Shown here: positions 13,903-26,568 of the stretch, piece by piece
Position numbering within the stretch: position 1 is the stretch's first letter
Layout of the letters: the number at the start of each line of letters is the position of its first letter
NCBI RefSeq assembly: GCF_006345805.1
Contig: NC_042997.1
Span: 28,892,001 to 28,956,000 of the forward strand
DNA: 64,000 bases
Reading direction: 5' to 3'
Source of the DNA: Octopus sinensis
Lineage: Eukaryota
The notes under the pieces: generated by a model
What the model was told of the DNA's origin: nothing
Databases searched by the model: none
Seen by the model: the letters and a program-made list of their open reading frames with translations, nothing else
Program-made: the position numbers and the translations under genes

Positions 13903-14297
13903 CTTTTACTTGTTTCAGTCATTTGACTGCGGCCATGCTGGAGCACCGCCTTTAATCGAGCAACTCGACCCCGGGACTTATTCTTTGTAAGCCCAGTACT
14001 TATTCTATCGGTCTCTTTTTTGCCGAACCGCTAAGTGACGGGGACGTAAACACACCAGCATCGGTTGTCAATCGATGCTAGGGGGACAAACACAGACACA
14101 CAAACACACACACATATATATATACATATATACGACAGGCTTCTTTCAGTTTCCGTCTACCAAATCCACTCACAAGGCATTGGTCGGCCCGGGGCTATAG
14201 CAGAAGACACTTGCCCAAGATGCCACGCAGTGGGACTGAACCCGGAACCATGTGGTTGGTTAGTAAGCTACTTACCACACAGCCACTCCTGCGCCTA
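13903..14297 (-). mobile_element. Family B CORE-like SINE, full length with LINE-type 3' tail
   Basis: tRNA-like head, cttgggcaagtgtcttct CORE-like block, internal microsatellite, tail ggcggtgctccagcatggccgcagtcaaatgactgaaacaagtaaaa; near-identical to 61500-61910. Confidence 0.85.
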
Positions 14298-15379
14298 TGT
14301 AATGTAATGTTTTTGTTACTCTTCGAAGTACATATTGTCATCTAAGACAGATAACCCAACGTCCATGTTGAAATTCAGCATCCGTCAGGGATGCAACAGT
14401 TCCATTACGGGCTTCCTCAATTTTTAGTTCCGTGTCAATTTTTAATTTATTTTTGCTAAAGTTTCATTCGGATGTTTAATCGCGCATGTACTAATATGAA
14501 TAATTTAAAATAAATTCACTGAAGACATTATGGATTTTTTCCTTTAATTTGGTTGGTTATCGATTGTTGATTCAGATATTTAATTGTGCATGTACTAATA
14601 TGAATAATTTAAAATAAATTCACTGAATACATCAAGAATTTTGTTCTTATTATATGATTGGTTACAGTTGTTGTTGTCTCTGATATCAATTCATTATCGT
14701 TATTCTTGTCACAACGAATCGTGATTATTTGAAAATTTCTGCGAATTTCGTCTTTAGTTTCATCGTCATTATGCCTTCGAGCAGGTGCATAACATATTTA
14801 TAATTTATAAATTATTTTAGAATTATAATTCTTAATTATAAATTTATAGGACTTGATGTTTTTTATCGTCTTTTTTCTGTACAAATGAGTTTTTCTGTTT
14901 GACTTGCCAGGCTTTAATCTTCAATTATTAGAATTGTTAATGTTTTTGGAATATTTCCTTTTATATTATATTAAGGTGTAGGGTTATTGTTCATGTTTCT
15001 ATAGTATAGCATGTTTAAGTTTGACTAATTTCATATTTGTGTTTCATGTCTTCATTTCCTCTTTTTCTTCTCGAGAAGAATTGTGATTTTGTCAAGGTTG
15101 ATGTTTAGTATGCCTTTTCTTCTGTTCTTCCAAGTGTTTTTTATTTGTATTTGAAATCTACGAGCAAATTTATGGCGCCATTTTCAGTTCAAAGAATGGA
15201 TCAAGGATGTTAACACCGTTAAATTTGTATCAATAACAAAAGAGGGAAATGCTTTCAGAATATCCTCACGAACAAAAGAGAACGAAAACATATTTTTATC
15301 ACAATGTGCTAGAATCTTTCATTGTTAAGACACCTTAATCGTGTTAAAAAAAAGGGGAGAAATGAAATTAATTAAACTA

Positions 15380-16015
15380 CATAATTCATATTAGCAGGTT
15401 CGAAAGTCGATATGTTTGTCTTACAGAATTCCCATGGTGGGCGTTGTTGGTTACCTGCTGATGACTGCCAAGCCATTAAATTACCAGAAGCTGTGTAAGC
15501 AATGGTACTCGTTAATCTGCCCTTCTGGTAGGAGTAATTGTTGAGAATATGTTCGATACTAAAACTGTTGATGTTTAGGGGTGTTTCATGAATATTATGA
15601 CACTGTTCACAATGGTGGGTAAAGGCATTAGCACAAATGCTTGCATCGAACTCACAAGCAGAAATTCTAGTAGTAACAGCAACATTTTACATAATGGCTG
15701 TGGTTGTAGAAGTGGAAAAGTTAGGTGACATAGGTGGAGTAGTAACAGACTGTTACGTCCTTTAGAAATAGGTTTAGGATAACTCGTCGTAGCAGCATTA
15801 GTATCAACATGAGCAGTAGCAGTAGAAGTAGTATTAGCAGTAATAATAAGAATACTCGTAATAGTAATCTATTCACTCCCAGAGGAAACAGTTTTGTTAT
15901 GAACATAGTTTCTTTGTTCATGAAGCTACATGCTTCCGGGACCGGTCACATTGCGTGATTCTTTGGGTAAGCCTCTATGTCCTCCGACCAAGGAGTTGTG
16001 TATAGATTTGCTAGA
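15380..16015 (-). pseudogene. Decayed Ser/Thr-rich reading frame with eh1-like motif
   Basis: codon-like Thr/Ala/Ser-rich run with stops and one frameshift; SFSIEHIL encoded at 15543-15566. Confidence 0.3.
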
Positions 16016-16017
16016 AG

Positions 16018-16018
16018 G

Positions 16019-16074
<56 letters not shown>

Positions 16075-16082
16075 TATATATA

Positions 16083-16115
<33 letters not shown>

Positions 16116-16268
16116 TACATATATATATATGTATATATATATATACATATATATATACACACACATATATATATATATATATATACATATATATGTATAT
16201 ACATATATATACATACATACACACACGCACACACACACACACATATATATATATACATATGTATATAT
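16018..16268. repeat. (TA)n/(GA)n/(CA)n compound microsatellite
   Basis: direct reading. Confidence 0.95.
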
Positions 16269-18095
16269 ACTTTGTCGTCTATGACGCAGAAGTTACAGTA
16301 ACACCTCTCACTAACGTAACTTAAAAGAAACTTTGCATCGGCTTATATGAATGTAATCGATCATATTGTCAAAAGTGACTCCTCTAAGTTGGGTAGCGAC
16401 ATATGGGGTTTGAAGACCAACTACACACCACGTAAAATCAAGTGCAGAAGAGTAGAGAAATCCATATCATACGAAAATGAGTCTAAATGCAACTTATGCA
16501 AATCTAAAAGATTGCATTCCGCCACACTACTTAACTCGAAATCCAAAAGTTTCAGGAAATGCAAGCTTAGGGACAAATTTCTTTTGGTGAAGTGGAAGAC
16601 ACCACCCACATTGGATTGACCAGCTGCCTCAGAGATTTGAACTCTGCACAAATGAATAATTTTACAACTAGTACTTGCGAAGGGACGCAACTCTAATTTT
16701 ATTGTTATTTTTTCCTGTTGTTTACCGTTTTCTACTCATGCTTTGTCTTCTAATCTCTCTAACTGCATCAATCTGTTTCTTGTATTTGTTTTCTTGTGGT
16801 TTCTCATGTTCCAACGTCCTGATTTTCAAATTGAACAGTTTTACTCAAAGCACGAGGACTGCTTGGAAACACATGTGCATCATTCATCGAATTTCTGTCA
16901 CATGCCAAGCATGTTGGATTACAAATATATGTGCGTGCGTTTGTGTGTGAGTGTGTATGTGTGTCTGTGTGTGTTGTGTGTGTGTGTGTGAGTGTGTGTG
17001 CGCGCTTGTATGTGTGTGTATGCATGAAACTTATTATTCCACAAAAAATATAAATAATTCAATAAATAATGATATATTTCTTTTTAAAAAGAATTTTTAC
17101 ATTTTTATTGTGTTGAGGACTGTATCTCCCTGACTGATATTCTATCGAGTTTTGCTGTGCTTCACTATGATTATAGTACGGATATTTTTCAAAACTAACT
17201 TTTGTTGAAATGCGTTTTTTACCGTGACTTATTGATTGAAATTCAGTAAGCGTACACTGGTGCCACTTATTTACGCGTCTGTCTAAACCTATGGAATTCT
17301 GCAACAGTGGACTATTAATTCATTGCTCAACTCCTTCGTCATTATTTCCTCATGTATATTTGAATTTAGTTTACTTAGCAAGCAATGTCACAAGGCACTC
17401 AGTCTTTTAATGCTATATTCATTCTGCCAGTGTATATTACTTTTATTTAAGTTTCACTTCGCAGAACACGCTTTTATTTTAATTATATCTAATCGTTCTG
17501 TCGAAGCATGGTTAGGAATAGCTGCTTCTCTTCACAATACAGTAAAAATGAACCTAACGACATGGAAATCAAAAACGAATATCTATAATGTCAGAGGATA
17601 AAATGTAATGTAAAACTATGAATGTCGAAATAGTCCTTTCTACTTTAGGCACAATACTCAATATTTTTTTTTTGGGGGGGGGGGGTAGGGAGTTCATCCA
17701 TACAATACTTGACTGTTGTTTCTAGTAAGACTCCGAATGAATAAAAGGTAAAACAGACCGTGGCGGTACTTGAACACGGAAGGTAAAGAATTTTGTGACG
17801 CGCGGTAATGATTCTGGCAGCTTACCGCCTTATTTAAACTGATATAATAAACTTTGATGAGACATATAAGAAGGAAAACTGGAAAAGAATGAAAATTGTA
17901 TAAACAAAATGCGTTTTCTTATAGATGTGACGAACCGACTAATTGACCAAAGGAACTGAAAATAAGGTGTAACCAATGTTAGAAAAGATTATGAAAATTA
18001 AGAAAATTCTTAGAATGATTTAGTTATACGAAACCTGAATTGTAGGGTGCCAATTCGTAATATTGCCTCTGTGTTTTATGCAATAGAAAAAAATG

Positions 18096-18330
18096 AAGGC
18101 TGCGAGCTGGCAGAATCTTTAGCAGGCCGGGCGAAATGCTTAGCGATATTTCGTCTACCGTTACGTTGTGAGTTCAAATTCTGCCGAGGTCGACTTTACC
18201 TTAAGGCGTCGAGGTGGCTGAATCGTAAGTACGCCGGGCAAAATGCTTAGAGGCATTTCGTCTCTCTTTACACTTTCAGCACACATTCTGCCGAGATTGA
18301 TTTTAAGTCCCTTGTGGGCTGTAAAGTAAT
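18096..18330 (+). mobile_element. Two truncated family C SINE 5' fragments
   Basis: gagctggcagaatc...gagttcaaattctgccgaggtcgacttt, then a second degenerate head. Confidence 0.65.
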
Positions 18331-19600
18331 AAGTAAAGAAATAAGAAATTAGAAAAATAATTAAACGCTAACTACTTATTCACTATTATCGCAGTTCAAT
18401 CCTATAAGTTTTAACATGCTATTCAAATAAGTAATAAATTATTCAAATGTTTGTTCACCACGAATACAAATTTATCTACCCTTTCTAGGATGACCAGCTG
18501 CGCTGCATATAAGTTTCACTCATGCACAAGTAGTTCAGCTAGGAAAATCTGTTCTGGACATAATGAATATATTGCAGACAAGATACATTTCATTTGTCAC
18601 CTATGTTGATTTGTACGATTTCGAAATCCAAGTTTACCGGAAGTTTGGGCCGTGATATTTCAAATTATATATTAACTCCTGAGATAAATTAGGCAGTCTA
18701 TGGCCATTTGTCCTAAAATAAGTTACATTTATTCGAATTCCTTCACACCGCCCAAAAAATTGAACAGAACATTTAGACGCAGAATAGAAGCTACAAAATG
18801 CAATAAAGCATTACAATAAATATATATTTCTGTTTGTGTTGATTCAAATAACAATGCAAAATATCAAAATAAAGAAAGAAAAATATCAGAGCACTCTCAG
18901 ATAGGAAAAGCATATATTTTTAAAGCTACACGTTTTCTTATATTCCCATCAATATTATCATAATGGAAGATTAACCGACGGTCGAGTATATATATATGCA
19001 TTATAGACCGTGATTCTGAAGCAAACTTTATTTATTTCAAGGAGAAGCAGTGCAAAATGTGTCAAAATCACTAACGCCAATTTAGATGTAAATCTTAGTA
19101 TTAAGTTTCTCCGCTCGGATCACATCAAATTATGACAAGATTGGGTCAAGATTGGGCAGCTGCACAAAGCGCCCTAGTTTAAAAATTAAATATATTACAA
19201 ATTTCACGAACACATTAGAGACAATTATCGGTGTATCATTTTTGATACAACATTATCTGTGATGGAGTAAGAAATATTTTCCATTTTTTTTTATTTGTCA
19301 TCTCATGTAAATTACATAAGGCAGGATTAAAGAAATACATAGCCAAAAGTTCATGTGTCAATAGACACGAAAACGAATGTGATGAAATGACACATTGTAT
19401 ACCACCTAGTCCGTATTACCTAGTGTTTCGCAAGATGCCATAATTGTACAGTTCGCAGCCCATCGATATTTTGTGGGGCTGTAGTTGTTGACTATGGGAA
19501 GTTGAAATTCAAGCTTCCCTGAATTGTAAAGTGATCCTATGTTGATATTCATAACAACCTCACATAAAATCATAACGTGCTGACAGGCGCATTATATGTT

Positions 19601-19829
19601 TCTTTACTACCCACAAGGGGCTAAACACAGAGGGGACGAACAAGGAAAGACAAACGGATTAAGTCGTGTACATCGATCCCAGCGCGTAACTGGTACTTAA
19701 TTTATTGACCCCGAAATGATGAAAGGCAAAGTCGACCTCGGCGGAATTTGAACTCAGAACGTAACGGCAGACGAAATACGGCTACGCATTTCGTCCGACA
19801 TGCTAACGTTTCTGCCAGCTCGCCGCCTT
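19601..19829 (-). mobile_element. Family C SINE with target-site duplication
   Basis: complete head+body; flanked by tgacaggcgcattat(a)tgtt at 19581-19600 and 19830-19848. Confidence 0.9.
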
Positions 19830-20419
19830 TGACAGGCGCATTATTGTTAACGAGACAAGATAATATATTAATCACTCGCATACATGCTTTGTTATTGAAA
19901 CCGATTCCTTTCTTTTTGAAAATATATTCAAATACAAGTAAAATACGCCAGTTGATATTAATGTCAAAATATATCAACAATGAATTGTCTTGGGAAATTT
20001 TAGTGATTAAAATAAATACATATAATGAAATCATTCCTCTTAATATTTACCGCACTATTTGTCAATTCATTTCCCTTTATGACTTGGCCGTTTAACCGTG
20101 ACGTTATGGTGGTTGCTCATATTTTGTTAATAAATATTCTATTAATTCAGTTTAATGACAAAGATATTCATAACACCTACACTACAAACATGTCTGCAAA
20201 ATTTGTCATCCTCTACCTACCAACTGGAACACGTTTTTTCTGTTATATACGCAGACAATTGAGAAGATCACAGTCGAAATAGAAAAAAAATTAATTGCAT
20301 ACGATTCTCTCTACTAGGTTTCAGAAGTAATGGATTACGTCCCAAAGATACGGACGCATCCAGGCACACACACACGCACACATGCACAAACACACACACG
20401 CGCACGCACACACACACAC

Positions 20420-20450
<31 letters not shown>

Positions 20451-20869
20451 AGCACGCACACAATACACACATGCATACACACGTTCGTGCACACGAGAGG
20501 GCAGGGTTTTAAGGGTATAGCGAACGGCCTGATTGGATACCCAAACATCAGATAATTAATTTTACAGGATTTAGAAAAAGTACAGGACCGCTACAATACG
20601 TTTGCGAATCTGAGTAGTGAATATGTTGAATATAATCATAATTAACTGATCCTCTTTTATTTTCTTTTAGTCAAACCCAGGAATTTCTTGGCACCGTGTG
20701 TGTGAATATATTTATGTATGCATGTGTCTATCTATCTGTTTGTCTATCTATCTATCAATCTACCTACCTATCCATCCATCTATCTATCTATCTATCTATC
20801 TATCTATATGTCTATCTATCAATCTATTATAAATATATATATATGTATATATATATGTGCGTGTGCGTG

Positions 20870-20916
<47 letters not shown>

Positions 20917-20999
20917 CATGTGTGTGTATTCCTATACACATACATACACGCATACGTACATAGATACTTCACAAGCTTATCGCAATGACACGAAGGCAC

Positions 21000-22190
21000 G
21001 CAATCAAGATGAAAGCCTGAACCAGCATCAGTACTTAGCTCCAAAAGAATATTATATTCTGGCGGATAAATATATCACTGATCGTTTTAGTTGTAAAATG
21101 TAACATAGAGAACCACTCTACACATCAGAAGTATCTCAAAAAGAAACTAGGATCCCCAAATTCTAAACTCCAAAATGCAGCTGCTTAAACAACTCTCACC
21201 TAGATTTGAAAAACTAAAATAAAAATCTACATCATATTCGCCATTAATTATTTGCCAGCGATACCAGAGCAGTCTTTCGCAGCTTCAATGTGAAAGGTGC
21301 AATCTCTGTAAAAGATATTCACTCAGAAGTCAAATTCAGTGTTACTAGCGATCTGTAGAGAAAGCTAATGATGAATTCAACAAATTATATGTATGACTAA
21401 AATAACTGCGACATGATTAATGCGAGAATGACAGTAAAGACAAAATGAACTAGGCTACGAATTACAGAAAACACTTCGGAAAAAGATGTCAAACATGGAA
21501 TATCTTGGACTGACCTCAGAAGGTACTGGCTGCAGAATTTTAGCCTTTATCAGTGATATTTCATGTGATTGAATGTAGAAAGTGGGAAGGACACACAAGA
21601 AATAGTTATCCATAGTTATCAACCGTAAATAATTTCCTCATCTCCAGAAGTAGCCAAACCACCTTTTCAAGAAATTACTGACCGAGAACCTGACAGAACA
21701 TCAAGTACAAATTATCCAAATTATCGTTGCTGACTCATTGTGCAATCAACATTGTAACGGCTCAGAGACCAAGGGTTGTATACAACAGCTATTAATGAAC
21801 GAAATGATTCCGGAAAATAAATTAAAAACGACCAGAGGGTTTTTGATAATAGAACACATCGATGGATTATCGAGGCTTTATAATCCGTCAAATTGCTACA
21901 ACCTCTAGTAACAGGTATTGAACGACTGATAACTTTACTGCAATTAACCCTTTTATGAGGAATAAGTACCAATTCAACACTCATAGCATTCACGACTGAA
22001 TAGATATCTCTCAAGGCGATTACCTAGCAATACTGCCCTTCGTCCTCTCATTAAATCCGCAGTCATATCTGCTCTTAAACTAGGGTGGCTAACAAAATGG
22101 AGCCAGAAGCATCTCCAATATTTCGATGTTGCCGACCTCAAACGTTAAGGGCCAAATATCAACCACACAAAAAATATGGAACTCCTGACC
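21000..22190 (+). mobile_element. Highly decayed R4/Dong-clade RT fragment
   Basis: peptides RRYWLQNF, LFKKLLT, TKGCIQQLLMNEMI, ISQGDYLAILPFVLSLNP follow R4 RT motif order. Confidence 0.6.
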
Positions 22191-22220
22191 CAATTTTCTA
22201 CAAATATTGCAATGAATGTT

Positions 22221-22885
22221 TTAAACTCCAAATGTGCATTTTTCTGACGTTGTGCTGACACAGGGAATCAATGGTGACCCTGGCCGTGTGGGAGGGAGCA
22301 CCGCTACCCTGATGCTTTTGCTATCCCACGTGTCTCTCTCCATGATACATTCGCCTTTGTAGCGTTCACTCCTCCTACGCCAAACCGTCTCTCTCCCATC
22401 CGAAGTGGAAACGCAATACCGGCTCCCGTCAGAGAAGACTATCGACCTACATTGTTGATGCCGCCAATGCCGGTGCTGTGTAGCCCACTGCCGGTGCTGT
22501 GTAGCCTTACAGTGGCAAAGGTGAGAACAGGTCCTCGAGGAGAACGACAGAATTGCAGGTTGTTTGGCGACTAGTCGACATCGTACCGTGTCGTCGATAA
22601 TGGGACGCCGTCCAGTTCCACTGGTCCCGCAAGCTGTCACGCTGACCGGTCTGAAGCGATCACGGAGGTGTTGCAGGTGGATGAAGCGGTCCTGCCTGTG
22701 CATGATCACACGGGGGCGCCCGGTGCAGTCACGGTCTGCAGTGCTCTTAGTGTTGTATCGCTGTTGCAGGTGATAAATGGTGCTCACATGGACATTGTAA
22801 GCTTTCGCAACAACCAAGGTACACTACCCTACTTGCAATCGACCGATAGCTTATTCTCTCTGCGCTGCTGACAATCGGTCATACC
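22221..22885 (-). mobile_element. Tc1-family transposase relic (HTH + first DDE Asp)
   Basis: VAKAYNVHVSTIYHLQQRY..GRPRV...DRFI....LRDRF and IVFSDGSRY...DGRETVWRRRSERY; frameshifted and 3'-truncated. Confidence 0.85.
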
Positions 22886-22929
22886 TGATGCTTCCAAATT
22901 ACGAATTGACTTTTTATTGACACACATGG

Positions 22930-23065
22930 TTGAAACATAAACGGGACAATACAAAGGTTGACGACAACACATGTGGGAGAAACGAATGAAAAACGATATA
23001 TTGTTAGAAAATGAAAGGTGAAATGACAGCTACTCGAACCCCACATAAAATTGGCCTCATTGAAC
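22930..23065 (-). mobile_element. Gag-only unit array: 5' stub (unit 0)
   Basis: junction motif plus ~100 bp homologous to the 5' UTRs of units 1-3. Confidence 0.6.
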
Positions 23066-24775
23066 TCTTTTTAAAATAGGATTATATCCTTGAGTCTCTT
23101 TTCCTCATCTTTCTCTTTTAAAAAACATGTTTAAAGGAAAACAGTTAATACATTATATCAAATTTGTTTAACATAGTGTAGTCAGTGATGGAGGCAATCA
23201 AGCAATCAACAACTTCCTGTCCCAAATGTCCAACGTTCGACTCACGTGTTTCTCTTAACACATGATGACTTCCCCTGTCGATGAGTACACTTTTCATGTG
23301 GCGAAAAATCCCTGCTTACATTGCCTCGCATAACAAAATATAAAGCCGTTTTTGTTCGGGGAAGGGGTTTGTGTGGTTTACGGCTCCTGTGTCTTTGTAA
23401 GTGTATCTATGTGAGCAATTTCTGAGTCAGTGTGGAGCTGGACGAGGTATGGTATCTGTGGGAGAAGGGTGGGTCCTAATATCTGTTGAGTGGTTAGTCC
23501 TTTTTTTTCCTTTTCCTCTTGGAGACGGTGGTCCATTCGTTCTCCTTTGGTGGGGCTTTCTCTTTCTCATCATCTTTCTCCTATGTCTCTGCGTCTGTCG
23601 CCGTATGAGCTGGAAGTGCGGTGTCCTTCCTTCTTCACTTGAGGCATCACCGGAGCTTTTGTGGGAGGTGGTTGAAATTTATGTCCTTATGTGGCCATTC
23701 TGGCCACACGTGAAGCATCGAGGCTTCCTGCCCTCCGTCACTAGCCTTGATCATCTTCTCACCCACCAAAATAGTGGCCAGAGTACTTTCTATGTTCCCC
23801 AGGGCAGCCTGGAGGATCATCTCCAGATTCTGCCTCAGTCAATTTTGCTTTGATATTCTTGATGTTTGGACGACTGTTATCCAGTCCTCCAATCCTGATG
23901 TTATCGCCTCTGCCTTCTGCCAACATCCATCTCTGCTGGGATTGCTTCGACCCTTACCCTGGAAGTTCGCCTTCCAAGATATGATGGTAGTAGAATCCAT
24001 TTACCATCGTTGAAAGCGCACTTACCGAAGGATACGTGTTACCCCTAGGAAGGAACGTAATTTACGCCTTGATGTGTTCAAAGCACTTTTTTATTTCAAC
24101 CCTTGTAGCCACATCTATTTTCCCTCTGTGACTACAAACGCTTTAAAGATTACCGTTTTCTTCAACGTATCCTCAGTAACTCTGCTAAGAGGGGTCAGTT
24201 CAATTTCCTAACTCTCCTTTTTTAGCAGGTACTCGTACTTCATTTGAAGCCTGTATTTCACACTTTATCTCCTCTCCCGACGCGTAGGCCGCAAACGCAG
24301 ATGTTTTGATACTTTTCCTTTTAGTGACATTCGTTTTCCCTTTTGCTTCTGACAGTTTCTTCTATATTTTCCATGAATTCCATTAATTTATTCTCCGAGG
24401 AATCCACGTCACAATCTTTGAGAACCAGTATTCATATTCATATTATGCTTCTCCCTTCAAACAAAGGGATACGATATCAGAACAGCTGCAAGGCCACAAA
24501 ACAATGGTGTATTAAATACGCACAATAACAATATTCAACAATTCAACAACCGTAATATAACAGGCAAACAGGCGACACTGACCGTAAATAACCACACAAA
24601 CTCTGGGCGGACAAGTTTCGAATTCGCTCTTTATGAAGCGTTAAGTCCGAAACACAGACTTGACACCACAACGACAGACAAGATAACACAAATAAAAAAT
24701 ACGATTGAATGTGAAAAAATAAAATGACGGAATGAGGGCTACTCGAACCTCAGATCCCAAGCTATCTCATTGAAC
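23066..24775 (-). mobile_element. Gag/ORF1-only unit 1 (decayed)
   Basis: MNTG.. start near 24445, EGRKPRCFTCGQNGHIRT* knuckle at ~23680-23735, C-terminal block GIFRHMKSVLID..LRETRESNVGHLGQEVVD; no RT or endonuclease. Confidence 0.75.
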
Positions 24776-26568
24776 CTCTGTTGTTTCCTTTCTAAACAAA
24801 TGTTTACAGATTGAGTCTCGTTTCATTTTTCTTTCTTTTCTTTCCTCTCCCTCTCTGTTTTGCCCTTTAAAACTTAAAACCGGTTACTCCACGATAACAA
24901 GTGTGTCCAAGTCCCTCTGGTCTAGAACTGGAGGAAGCTAATCAATCACCACCTCCACTCCCAAGGATCAAACGTCTGACCCAAATGTTTCTTTGAATGC
25001 ACGGTGGCTCTCCCTATCTATGAACGCATATCTCATATAAAGAGAAGCACTCCAACTTATGAACGCATCTATGAACGCATATCTCATATAAAGAGAAGCA
25101 CTTCACACTTATGATCGATTTTAATTATTCTCGCTTTTTCGCTAGCGCTGCTTTCCTTGCCTCGCATAACAATACAAATGCCTTGGGGGGGGCTGTGGGG
25201 GGGGTTTGAGCCTCCTGTGCTTTTGTAAGTGTATATGTGTGAGTGCTAGTTCTGGGTAAGTATCTGATGGGGCGGGCCGAGGCACGATGTTGTGGGGACA
25301 TGGCGGTGGCTAGTATCTTTCTCCCGTCCCGCTTGGAGATGTTGGTTGATTTGTTCTCCTCTAGTGCCTTTATCTCTTTCTCATCACATTTCTCCTCTGT
25401 CTCTGCGTCTGTCCCTGTATGAGGTGGAATTGCGGTTTCCTTCACTACTGGAGGTACCACGGGTGCTTTTCCGTCAGGCATAGGGCATTCTGCCCTTATG
25501 TGGCCTTTCTGGCCACATTTGAAGCATCGAGGCTTCCTGCCCTCTAGCATTAGCTGCAATCTGATCATCTCCAACCCCTGCCCTAGCCAGTTTTGCATTG
25601 GTATTCTTGATGCTGGGAGGATTGTTATCCTCTCCTCCAAGCCTAATGTTATCGCCGCTACCACCCAGCCGATATCCACCTTTTGTGGAATTTCTTCAAC
25701 CTTACGCTAGAAGTTCGCCTTGCAAGATATGATGGTAGTAGAATCACTTAATCTCTATTCAGGAAGGCCACGGAGTGTTGCTTGGCCATCTCCTCCCAAT
25801 TTAAACCGTATTTCCACCGAAGAATATTTGTAACCCATGGCCAGGTACGTAATTTACGGCTGGATGTGTTCAAAGCAGTTTTCGATTTCAACACTTGTTA
25901 CCACACCAATTTTCTTCTCTTCGACTAGAAACGTTTTAAATATTACCATTTTCGTCAGCGTATTCTGAGTAACTCTGCTAGGAGGGTTCAGCAAAATCTC
26001 TTAACCCTCTTTTTTCAACAGGTCCTTGTACTTCATTAAATCCTGCATTTCACACTTAGTCTCCTCTCCTGAAGCGAATGACGCAAAGGCAAATCTTTTG
26101 ATACTTTTCCTTTTATTGACATTCATTATCCTTTTTGCTCTTGACAGCTCCTCTTCTATGTTATCCACGAATTCTATTAATTCACTCTCCGATGAATTCA
26201 CGCCAGAAAGATTTAATATTTCACAACCAGTGTTCATGCTACACCAAAATCGTTTCCTACTTTAACCAAGGGGAAAACAATAATAAGACCGCCTCAAGGC
26301 AAAAAACAACGGTGTATTTAACACACACAATAACAATATTCAATAATTCAATAACCGTAATATAACAAACAAACGACACGAACGCTTGGCGGATGGATTT
26401 CCAATCATTCCTTACTGACCGAAATACAGAGGGGACATACAGTGCCGAAATACAGAGGGGACACTACAAGGACAGACAAAAATAGAATGAAAAACGATTA
26501 AATTAGTAAAATATGGAAGATGAAATTGCAGCCACTCGAGCCTCACATCCCATGTGGCCTCACTGAAC
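24776..26568 (-). mobile_element. Gag/ORF1-only unit 2 (decayed)
   Basis: track ORFs 26001-26237 and 25125-25679 (EGRKPRCFKCGQKGHIRAECP, CX2CX4HX4C); internal ~40 bp duplication at 25020-25112. Confidence 0.8.

Noticed and set aside
15100-15200. Minus-strand QIKNTWKNRRK resembling homeodomain helix 3 downstream of the eh1-like motif
   Set aside because: WF core is absent, helix spacing is wrong, frame differs and a stop lies just upstream
23028-23065. HDV-like ribozyme or Pol III B-box reading of the array junction motif
   Set aside because: Pairings seen in one copy (gccac/gtggc) are not maintained in the others, and the B-box match is incomplete
23401-23853. 150 aa plus-strand ORF with hydrophobic stretch
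   Set aside because: Antisense to the gag-like unit 1 linker and knuckle
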